This document shows, piece after piece, positions 25,542 through 32,000 of a DNA stretch of 32,000 bases. Positions within the stretch are counted from its first letter, which is position 1. Each line of letters opens with the position of its first letter. Under the pieces are notes generated by a model. That model saw only the letters and a program-made list of their open reading frames with translations, was not told the origin of the DNA and made no database searches. The DNA comes from Sinorhizobium meliloti (lineage in GTDB: Bacteria > Pseudomonadota > Alphaproteobacteria > Rhizobiales > Rhizobiaceae): contig NZ_JAGIOS010000002.1 in assembly GCF_017876815.1 (NCBI RefSeq), positions 600,001 through 632,000 on the forward strand, in the 5' to 3' direction. Position numbers and translations under genes: made by a program.

Positions 25542-25585
25542 GCTACACCCCGCGCGTCTGATCGGACGCGCAAATATCGCTGTAG
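25542..25585. repeat. Nested palindromic intergenic element (REP/RIME-like)
   Basis: gctacacc-ccgcgcgtc-tgatcg-gacgcgc-aaatatc-gctgtagc. The inner 7-bp stem gcgcgtc/gacgcgc is perfect. The outer arms are gctaca/tgtagc. A related half-site gctgtagcgctt occurs at ~24748-24759. Confidence 0.5.
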
Positions 25586-25859
25586 CACTTTGATCTTCTG
25601 CATGTCGTTGTCCTTCGATCGGGTAGAATTAAAGGACAAATGCATCGATGCTTCGATCAGAGCTGATCGTAAGTGGATGAGTTGATGACATCACGATGGG
25701 CCTGGTTGTTTTCGCAGGTCATGCGGCGAATCTGGTTTCCAGCCACGCTTTTCTCCATTCTTGCGATTATAACTGCACTCATCGCAATTTTCCTTGGCCC
25801 ATTCCGAGAGACCTTCCGAACCGGATAGGAGCGGACGCAGTCGACATAGACGAATTCTC

Positions 25860-25896
25860 GAAAAAGCGCTCGCAGGTTTTCGCCCGCATCCCGCTC
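25860..25896 (+). repeat. Intergenic repeat, copy B
   Basis: gaaaaagcgctcgcaggttttcgcccgcatcccgctc. The 22-23 nt core ggttttc(c)gcccgcat(c/t)ccgctc matches copy C with one indel and one mismatch. Confidence 0.65.
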
Positions 25897-25962
25897 GAAT
25901 TCTCTAGGATCGTGGATACCAGTCGTTCAATGACCATAACATGCATCAGAGGAGGCAATTAG

Positions 25963-26850
25963 ATGACGAAATCGAACATAGGCTTCATCGGGCTCGGATT
26001 GATGGGCCAGGGCATGGCGGCAAATATCCTGAAAAAGGGTTGGCCGCTCCAGGTGATGGCGCATCGCAACCGGGCGCCGGTGGAGATGCTCGTGGCCGAG
26101 GGCGCACGCGAAGCCAAGACGCCGCGTGAGATGGCGGAGCAATGCGACGTCATCGTCCTCTGCGTTACCGGCTCGCCGGAAGTCCTTTCGGTCATCGGCG
26201 GCCCGGATGGCATCGCGAGTGCGGGCAGGCCGGTCACCATCGTCGACTGTTCCACATCCGATCCCTCCGTCACGACGAAGCTTGCAGCCGATCTCGCGGG
26301 AAGCGGCCTTACGCTCATCGATGCGCCGCTCAGCCGTACGCCGGCCGATGCCGCCGCGGGCACGCTCGATGTCATGGTCGGCGGCTCGGAGTCAGACGTG
26401 CAGCGCGTGTGGCCGGTACTCGAATGTTTCGCCGGTCGGATCATCCACACGGGGCCGACCGGCTCCGGTCACACGATGAAACTGCTCAACAACTTCCTAT
26501 CGATGGGCTACGCGGCGCTCTATTCCGAAGCGCTGATGCTCGGACGCAAGGCCGGACTGACGCCCGAGGTCTTCGACAGCGTCATTCGCGGCGGCCGGAT
26601 GGATTGCCCTTTCTATCAGACCTTCTTCCGCTGGGTCTTGGAACGCGACCCGAATGCCCACAAATTCGCGATCCGCAACGGCTTCAAGGACATGAGCTAT
26701 CTTGCCGGCTACGCCATTGCCGCCGGCGTCGCCAATCCCGTCGGGGCAGCCGTCCGGAACTCATTTGCACAGGCGGTCGGCGCGGGCCGCGGCGAGGATT
26801 ACGTGCCTATGCTGTCGGATTTCATCGCCGAGGCGAACGGTCTCGAGTGA
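25963..26850 (+). CDS. NAD(P)-dependent beta-hydroxyacid dehydrogenase (3-hydroxyisobutyrate / tartronate semialdehyde reductase family)
   Basis: Strong RBS agaggaggcaattag. SNIGFIGLGLMGQGMAANILKKG dinucleotide fold. DAPLSRTPADAAAGTLDVMVGG and GSGHTMKLLNN are HIBADH-family motifs. Confidence 0.85.
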   Translation: MTKSNIGFIGLGLMGQGMAANILKKGWPLQVMAHRNRAPVEMLVAEGAREAKTPREMAEQCDVIVLCVTGSPEVLSVIGGPDGIASAGRPVTIVDCSTSDPSVTTKLAADLAGSGLTLIDAPLSRTPADAAAGTLDVMVGGSESDVQRVWPVLECFAGRIIHTGPTGSGHTMKLLNNFLSMGYAALYSEALMLGRKAGLTPEVFDSVIRGGRMDCPFYQTFFRWVLERDPNAHKFAIRNGFKDMSYLAGYAIAAGVANPVGAAVRNSFAQAVGAGRGEDYVPMLSDFIAEANGLE

Positions 26851-26994
26851 ACGCAACGGCGAGCGCCTTTTGCCGGGCGGTCTGACAGAATTCCATCAGC
26901 GGTGAAATGCAATCTTGCAGGGATGCAACATTGCCACTGGTCTGCGGCTTTGACTGAGTCCCGCGGAATGGTGAATGTGACTGCGACCGAAAAT

Positions 26995-27008
26995 GGAACA
27001 AACGTTCC
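26995..27008. promoter_or_regulatory. Candidate IolR-type operator, GGAA-N6-TTCC (ggaacaaacgttcc)
   Basis: Inverted repeat located 45 nt upstream of the TIM-barrel gene ATG. It shares the extended context aaaatggaa...ttccg with the box at 27940. The motif class is as I recall it for the S. meliloti IolR repressor. Confidence 0.45.
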
Positions 27009-27052
27009 GGTGTCGCCGCATCTCAGCACCATTCCCCGAGGAGACATCCGAC

Positions 27053-27865
27053 ATGACCGCCCTCCCCTTCGCCCTCAACCATATGGCCGCGCCCGCCCTC
27101 CCGGTCGACGCGTTCTTCTCGCTTGCGAAATCACTCGGCATCTCCATGGTCGAAATCCGCAACGACCTCGCCGGCAACGCCATTGCCGACGGGACGCCTC
27201 CGGAGGAGGTGAAAGCCCTTGCGGAGAAGCACGGGCTGACGATCGTCTCGATCAACGCCTTGCAGCGCTTCAACGAATGGAACGAGCAACGGGCAGACGA
27301 AGCGCGCGAGCTCATCTCCTATGCACGCGATTGCGGCGCGAAGGCGCTGGTGCTGGTGCCCGTCAATGACGGCAGCGGCAAAGAGGACGGCGTCCGACAA
27401 AGCAATCTTCGGCAGGCGCTCGGCGCGCTGAAGCCGATGCTCGACGCGGCCGGCATCACCGGCCTCGTCGAGCCGCTCGGCTTCGAAGCCTGCTCGCTGT
27501 GCTCGAAGGCGGAGGCCGCCGAAGCGATCCGGGCAGTTTCCGGTGAACGGAGCTTCCGCCTGGTGCACGACACGTTCCACCATCACCTTGCTGGCGAAGA
27601 CCAGTTTTTTCCGGATCTCACCGGCCTCGTGCACATCTCCGGCGTCATCGACGCAAACCTGGCCGTCTCGGACATGCGCGATCCGCATCGGGTTCTCGTC
27701 GACGCCGCCGACAGGCTGGACAATCAAGGCCAGACTCGCCGGCTGCAGGATCAAGGCTATGCTGGGCCCTTCTCATTCGAGCCCTTTGCCCCTTCCGTGC
27801 ACGAACTTGCCGACCCGGCGGACGCCCTGCGCGAGAGCATGGACTACCTCCGGTTACGGAGCTGA
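27053..27865 (+). CDS. Xylose-isomerase-like TIM-barrel protein (sugar phosphate isomerase/epimerase family; IolI/inosose isomerase-like)
   Basis: ATG at 27053 follows the RBS gaggagacatccgac. 270 aa. Motifs (GISMVEIRND, ALVLVP, GLVEPLGF, RLVHDTFHHHLAGE, FSFEPF) fit the AP_endonuc_2/TIM-barrel family. Confidence 0.8.
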   Translation: MTALPFALNHMAAPALPVDAFFSLAKSLGISMVEIRNDLAGNAIADGTPPEEVKALAEKHGLTIVSINALQRFNEWNEQRADEARELISYARDCGAKALVLVPVNDGSGKEDGVRQSNLRQALGALKPMLDAAGITGLVEPLGFEACSLCSKAEAAEAIRAVSGERSFRLVHDTFHHHLAGEDQFFPDLTGLVHISGVIDANLAVSDMRDPHRVLVDAADRLDNQGQTRRLQDQGYAGPFSFEPFAPSVHELADPADALRESMDYLRLRS

Positions 27866-27939
27866 CCGCCACCAGCAGTGGAAAGAGCGGGAATCCAAAC
27901 CGGCGCGCCCACGCGCTCTTGACGGCGCCCAGATAAAAT

Positions 27940-27953
27940 GGAATACATATTCC
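27940..27953. promoter_or_regulatory. Candidate IolR-type operator, GGAA-N6-TTCC (ggaatacatattcc)
   Basis: GGAAT-N4-ATTCC palindrome 152 nt upstream of the binding-protein ATG. It begins 17 nt downstream of a CTTGAC -35-like hexamer (27918-27923), so it would cover the -10 zone. Confidence 0.45.
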
Positions 27954-28104
27954 GTAATATCAAAACTCTGGTTTGTTTGTTCCGTTTTGATTGGAGGTGC
28001 AGCGGGAGTGCCGCTTCCGGTCGAAGACTGGACGCGATTTCGGGAAGAAGATCGCGTTCCCGGCTGAAGAAGGTGTGGCCGGCACCAAGTGGAGGAGAAG
28101 AACA

Positions 28105-29034
28105 ATGAAGAAATTTTTCCTGGGCACTGCGATGGCCGTCTTGATGTCGACGGCCGCGCATGCGGAGACTATCGGCGTGTCGATGGCGCTCTTTGACGAC
28201 AACTTCCTGACGGTGCTGCGCAGCGGGATGCAGGAATATGCAAAGACGCTCGACGGCGTCGAGCTGCAGGTCGAAGACGCGCAGAACGACGTCGCGAAAC
28301 AGCAGAGTCAGATCCAGAACTTCATCGCCGCGGGGGTCGATGCCATCATCGTCAACCCGGTCGACACCGATGCGACTGCCGCCATGTCGAAGATCGCTGC
28401 GGATGCCGGCATTCCGCTGGTCTATGTCAACCGCGAGCCGGTGAACGTCGATACGCTTCCGGACAAGCAGGCCTTCGTGGCGTCGAACGAACAGGAATCC
28501 GGCACGCTGCAGACCAAGGAAATCTGTAAGATGCTGGGCGGCAAGGGCAAGGCCGTGGTCATGATGGGCGAGCTCTCCAACCAGGCTGCCCGCATGCGCA
28601 CCAAGGACATCCACGACGTGATCGCGACCGAGGAATGCAAGGGCATCGAGATCGTCGAGGAGCAGACCGCGAACTGGTCGCGCACCCAGGGCTCGGATCT
28701 CATGACGAACTGGCTTTCCGCCGGCCTCGAATTCGACGCCGTCATCTCCAACAACGACGAAATGGCGATCGGCGCAATCCAGGCGCTGAAAGCGGCCGGG
28801 CGCTCGATGGACTCCGTCGTCATCGGCGGCATCGACGCGACACAGGATGCGCTCGCCGCCATGGCGGCCGGCGATCTCGATGTGACGGTGTTCCAGAATG
28901 CCGCCGGCCAGGGCAAGGGCTCAGTCGATGCCGCCCTTAAGCTCGCCAAGGGCGAGCCGGTTGAAAAGAAGGTCTACATTCCCTTCGAGCTCGTCACGAA
29001 GGATAACCTGGCGCAATATCAGACGAAGAACTGA
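28105..29034 (+). CDS. ibpA: Periplasmic sugar-binding protein of a CUT2 ABC importer (RbsB family; probable inositol-binding protein)
   Basis: RBS ggaggagaagaaca. Signal peptide MKKFFLGTAMAVLMSTAAHA. Peripla_BP_4-type sequence. The inositol assignment rests on the operon order SBP-ATPase-permease, the neighbouring iol-type enzyme and GGAA-N6-TTCC boxes, and my recollection of the S. meliloti ibpA-iatA-iatP locus. Confidence 0.7.
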   Translation: MKKFFLGTAMAVLMSTAAHAETIGVSMALFDDNFLTVLRSGMQEYAKTLDGVELQVEDAQNDVAKQQSQIQNFIAAGVDAIIVNPVDTDATAAMSKIAADAGIPLVYVNREPVNVDTLPDKQAFVASNEQESGTLQTKEICKMLGGKGKAVVMMGELSNQAARMRTKDIHDVIATEECKGIEIVEEQTANWSRTQGSDLMTNWLSAGLEFDAVISNNDEMAIGAIQALKAAGRSMDSVVIGGIDATQDALAAMAAGDLDVTVFQNAAGQGKGSVDAALKLAKGEPVEKKVYIPFELVTKDNLAQYQTKN

Positions 29035-29047
29035 TCGTTCGCTGCAT

Positions 29048-29070
29048 GGGGCGCGGCAAAGCCGCACCCC
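29048..29070 (+). other. Stem-loop just downstream of the binding-protein gene (10 bp, one mismatch), no T tract
   Basis: ggggcgcggc aaa gccgcacccc. This is the position typical for mRNA-stabilising or attenuating hairpins after SBP genes. Confidence 0.4.
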
Positions 29071-29220
29071 CGCTTACAAAGAGTCATGGGGCGCGGTCAT
29101 CCCGCGCTCCCTTTGAGGGCCGCGCATCTTATCGGCCGAGCCTGCAAGGCCGAAAGGGGAGGCATGTTCCGCACGCCGCGTGGACATTCCGGTTGAACCG
29201 GAACATGGGAGGCTACCAGA

Positions 29221-30762
29221 ATGACACTCAGTCCCACGACAATGGCAGCCGTGCGCGCCAGCGGCGCCGTTCCGAAATCCGAATACCTTCTGACTGCCGA
29301 GGGCGTTCGCAAGGAGTTTCCGGGTGTCGTTGCGCTCGACGACGTGGAGTTCAAGCTGAAGCGCGGCACCGTGCATGCGCTCATGGGCGAGAACGGAGCC
29401 GGCAAGTCGACCTTGATGAAGATCCTCGCCGGGATCTATTATCCCGACCAGGGCGAGGTGAAACTCAGGGGCGCCGGCATCCGGCTGAAGTCGCCACTCG
29501 ACGCACTCGAGAACGGCATCGCCATGATCCATCAGGAACTGAACCTGATGCCTTTCATGACCGTCGCCGAGAACATCTGGATCCGCCGGGAACCCAAGAA
29601 CCGTTTCGGTTTCGTCGATCATGGCGAAATGCGCCGCATGACGGCAAAGCTCTTCGAGCGGCTCAAGATCGATCTCGATCCGGAGATCGAGGTCCGTCAC
29701 CTCTCGGTCGCCAACCGCCAGATGGTCGAGATCGCCAAGGCGGTCTCCTACGAGTCCGACGTGCTGATCATGGACGAGCCCACCTCGGCGCTCACCGAGC
29801 GCGAGGTCGCGCATTTATTCGAGATCATCCGTGACCTGCGCTCGCAGGGTATCGGCATCGTCTACATCACCCACAAGATGAACGAGCTGTTCGAGATCGC
29901 CGACGAGTTCTCGGTGTTCCGCGACGGCAAATATATCGGCACCCACCTCTCGAACGAGGTCACCCGCGACGACATCATCCGCATGATGGTCGGACGTGAA
30001 ATCACCCAGATGTTCCCGAAGGAGGAGGTGCCGATCGGCGACGTGGTGCTGTCGGTGAAGAACCTGACGCTCAACGGCGTCTTCCGCGACGTCTCCTTCG
30101 ATGTGCGCGCCGGCGAGATCCTCGGCGTTGCCGGCCTCGTCGGATCCGGCCGCTCCAACGTCGCCGAGACGCTCTTCGGGGTCACGCCGGCGAGCTCGGG
30201 CACGATCGCGATCGACGGGAAAGAGGTCGTGATCGACAGCGCCAACAAGGCGATCCGTCACCGGATGGCGTTTCTCACCGAGGATCGCAAGGACACCGGC
30301 TGTCTGCTCATCCTCGACATTCTCGAAAACATGCAGATCGCCGTGCTGCAGGACAAATTCGTCAAGCGCGGCTTCGTCAGCGAGAGGGAAGTCACTGCCG
30401 CCTGCGAGGAGATGAGCCGCAAGCTTCGGGTCAAGACGCCGAACCTGCAGGAGCGCGTCGAGAATCTCTCGGGCGGCAACCAGCAGAAGGTGCTGATCGG
30501 CCGCTGGCTGCTCACCAATCCGCGCATCCTGATCCTCGACGAGCCGACGCGCGGCATCGATGTTGGCGCCAAGGCCGAAATCCACCGCCTGGTGACCGAA
30601 CTTGCCCGCAACGGTGTCGCGGTCATCATGATCTCGTCGGAAATGCCGGAAGTGCTCGGGATGAGCGACCGGATCATGGTGATGCACGAGGGCCGGGTCA
30701 CCGGCATTCTCGACAGGGCGGAAGCCACCCAAATCAAGGTCATGGAGCTTGCGGCGCGATAG
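29221..30762 (+). CDS. iatA: Sugar ABC transporter ATP-binding protein with duplicated NBDs (RbsA/MglA type)
   Basis: 513 aa. RBS gggaggctaccaga. Walker A is GENGAGKST. There are two signature motifs (LSVANRQ degenerate, LSGGNQQK) and Walker B motifs LIMDEPT / LILDEPT. Confidence 0.85.
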   Translation: MTLSPTTMAAVRASGAVPKSEYLLTAEGVRKEFPGVVALDDVEFKLKRGTVHALMGENGAGKSTLMKILAGIYYPDQGEVKLRGAGIRLKSPLDALENGIAMIHQELNLMPFMTVAENIWIRREPKNRFGFVDHGEMRRMTAKLFERLKIDLDPEIEVRHLSVANRQMVEIAKAVSYESDVLIMDEPTSALTEREVAHLFEIIRDLRSQGIGIVYITHKMNELFEIADEFSVFRDGKYIGTHLSNEVTRDDIIRMMVGREITQMFPKEEVPIGDVVLSVKNLTLNGVFRDVSFDVRAGEILGVAGLVGSGRSNVAETLFGVTPASSGTIAIDGKEVVIDSANKAIRHRMAFLTEDRKDTGCLLILDILENMQIAVLQDKFVKRGFVSEREVTAACEEMSRKLRVKTPNLQERVENLSGGNQQKVLIGRWLLTNPRILILDEPTRGIDVGAKAEIHRLVTELARNGVAVIMISSEMPEVLGMSDRIMVMHEGRVTGILDRAEATQIKVMELAAR

Positions 30763-30772
30763 GGCGGGATGA

Positions 30773-30807
30773 GGAAAAGTGTAAGGTTTTCCGCCCGCAT
30801 TCCGCTC
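30773..30807 (+). repeat. Intergenic repeat, copy C
   Basis: ggaaaagtgtaaggttttccgcccgcattccgctc, beginning 11 nt after the ATPase stop. Confidence 0.65.
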
Positions 30808-30858
30808 TGACCTTTGGAACCGATCAAGGCGAACTGCCGACCGCAGGGAGGAAAGAAG

Positions 30859-31884
30859 ATGAATACCAATGTCGCAGCACAGGGCACGGGCTCGTCCCTC
30901 GCCCGCTCGAGACGGCGCATGCCGCCCGAGCTCAACATCTTTCTGGTGCTGATCGGTATCGCGCTCGTCTACGAGGTTCTCGGCTGGCTCTTCGTCGGCC
31001 AGAGCTTTCTGATGAATTCGCAGCGCCTGACGATCATGATCCTGCAGGTGTCGGTGATCGGCATCATCGCCGTCGGCGTCACGCAGGTCATCATCACGGG
31101 CGGCATCGACCTCTCGTCAGGCTCGGTCGTCGGCATGACCGCGATGATCTCGGCGAGCGTCGCGCAGGCCTCCACCTGGCCGCGGGCGCTCTATCCGTCA
31201 CTGACCGACCTTCCGGCCATCGTACCGATCGGCCTTGGTGTCGGGATCGGTCTGCTCGCCGGCTTCATCAACGGCCAGCTCATCGCCAGGACCAAGATCC
31301 CGCCCTTCATCGCCACGCTCGGCATGATGGTGTCGGCCCGCGGTGTCTCCAAGTGGTACACGAAGGGTCAGCCGGTCTCGGGTCTCACCGAGCAATTCAA
31401 CTTCATCGGCACGGGCATCTGGCCGGTGATCGTCTTCCTCGTCGTGGCGCTGATATTCCACATCGCGCTGCGCTACACCCGCTACGGCAAATTCACCTAC
31501 GCGATCGGCGCCAATGTCCAGGCCGCGCGCGTCTCCGGCATCAATGTCGAAGCCCATCTGGTGAAGGTCTATGCGATCGCCGGCATGCTTGCGGGCCTCG
31601 CAGGCGTGGTCACCGCCGCCCGCGCCCAGACGGCGCAGGCCGGCATGGGCGTCATGTACGAACTCGACGCGATCGCCGCGACCGTCATCGGCGGCACGTC
31701 GCTCACAGGCGGCGTCGGCCGTGTCACCGGTACGGTGATCGGCACGGTGATCCTTGGCGTGATGACGTCAGGCTTCACCTTCCTCCGGGTCGACGCCTAC
31801 TACCAGGAGATCGTAAAGGGCATCATCATCGTCGCTGCTGTCGTTGTCGACGTCTATCGCCAGAAAGGCCGGAAAAAGACGTAA
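30859..31884 (+). CDS. iatP: Sugar ABC transporter permease (RbsC/BPD_transp_2 family)
   Basis: ATG at 30859 follows the RBS gggaggaaagaag. 341 aa, multi-TM. The sequence GGIDLSSGSVVGMTAMI...TKIPPFIATLGMM...GGTSLTGGVGRVTGTVIG is typical of ribose-type permeases. Confidence 0.85.
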   Translation: MNTNVAAQGTGSSLARSRRRMPPELNIFLVLIGIALVYEVLGWLFVGQSFLMNSQRLTIMILQVSVIGIIAVGVTQVIITGGIDLSSGSVVGMTAMISASVAQASTWPRALYPSLTDLPAIVPIGLGVGIGLLAGFINGQLIARTKIPPFIATLGMMVSARGVSKWYTKGQPVSGLTEQFNFIGTGIWPVIVFLVVALIFHIALRYTRYGKFTYAIGANVQAARVSGINVEAHLVKVYAIAGMLAGLAGVVTAARAQTAQAGMGVMYELDAIAATVIGGTSLTGGVGRVTGTVIGTVILGVMTSGFTFLRVDAYYQEIVKGIIIVAAVVVDVYRQKGRKKT

Positions 31885-31913
31885 ACATACTGCTCCTCCA
31901 AGCAAAATTATCG

Positions 31914-31946
31914 GCCGGGATGAAGGAATTCATCCCGGCTTTTTTC
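31914..31946 (+). terminator. Rho-independent terminator of the ABC operon
   Basis: gccgggatgaa (31914-31924) / ggaa / ttcatcccggc (31929-31939), followed by ttttttc. Confidence 0.85.
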
Positions 31947-32000
31947 TTTCCTCGCCAACGCTTTGAGCCGTGATATTCTCGTGAATGACTATGCTCGTCT

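Noticed and set aside
25696-25962. 88-aa plus-strand ORF in the low-GC spacer
   Set aside because: It has no RBS, no recognisable domain and atypical composition. Part of it is simply the translation of the intergenic repeat (copy B). It ends by overlapping the strong RBS/start of the dehydrogenase gene.
1-32000. Looked for CRISPR arrays, tRNA/rRNA genes, IS elements/transposases, integrases and phage genes
   Set aside because: There are no spacer-repeat periodicity, no tRNA-like T-arm/acceptor signatures and no transposase or integrase-like ORFs. The only repeats are the short elements reported.

Overview
High-GC, gene-dense alphaproteobacterial sequence. Gene content and order look like a Rhizobiaceae (Sinorhizobium/Ensifer-type) accessory replicon; from memory they resemble the glgA2...ibpA-iatA-iatP stretch of S. 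meliloti pSymB, which I cannot verify here. I support about 26 intact CDS, 4 decayed genes, 2 clear rho-independent terminators, 2 candidate IolR-type operators and a small dispersed intergenic repeat family. No tRNA, rRNA, CRISPR array or recognisable IS/transposase was seen.

Layout:
- 166-1002: ureidoglycine aminohydrolase-like bicupin.
- 1040-6982: tightly packed plus-strand block ligD, ku, BRCT/TPR protein, alpha/beta hydrolase, xthA.
- 6979-10041: patch of gene decay. It holds a truncated, frameshifted PepSY membrane gene, a multiply frameshifted kduD-like SDR butted against a GMC oxidoreductase 3' fragment, and a frameshifted RES toxin. An intact IdnO-like SDR lies inside the patch, and an intact Xre-type antitoxin adjoins it at 10038-10523.
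- 10626-16546 (minus strand): RocB-like M20 hydrolase, EmrB/EmrA-type efflux pair, secreted cupin, NmrA-like reductase. A wHTH-TPR regulator is divergent from this run.
- 18445-25466: PEBP protein, stand-alone glgA, EamA transporter, orphan amino-acid binding protein, ogt-adenylate cyclase pair, and a divergent mpg.
- 25963-31884: probable inositol-related cluster of dehydrogenase, TIM-barrel isomerase and a sugar ABC importer (ibpA/iatA/iatP-like).

The most interesting candidate for something new is the ligD-ku block. It carries three extra translationally coupled or near-abutting genes, above all a BRCT-TPR protein whose start overlaps the ku stop. This suggests an expanded bacterial NHEJ/end-processing module. 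That reading is inference from domain content and spacing, not demonstrated function.
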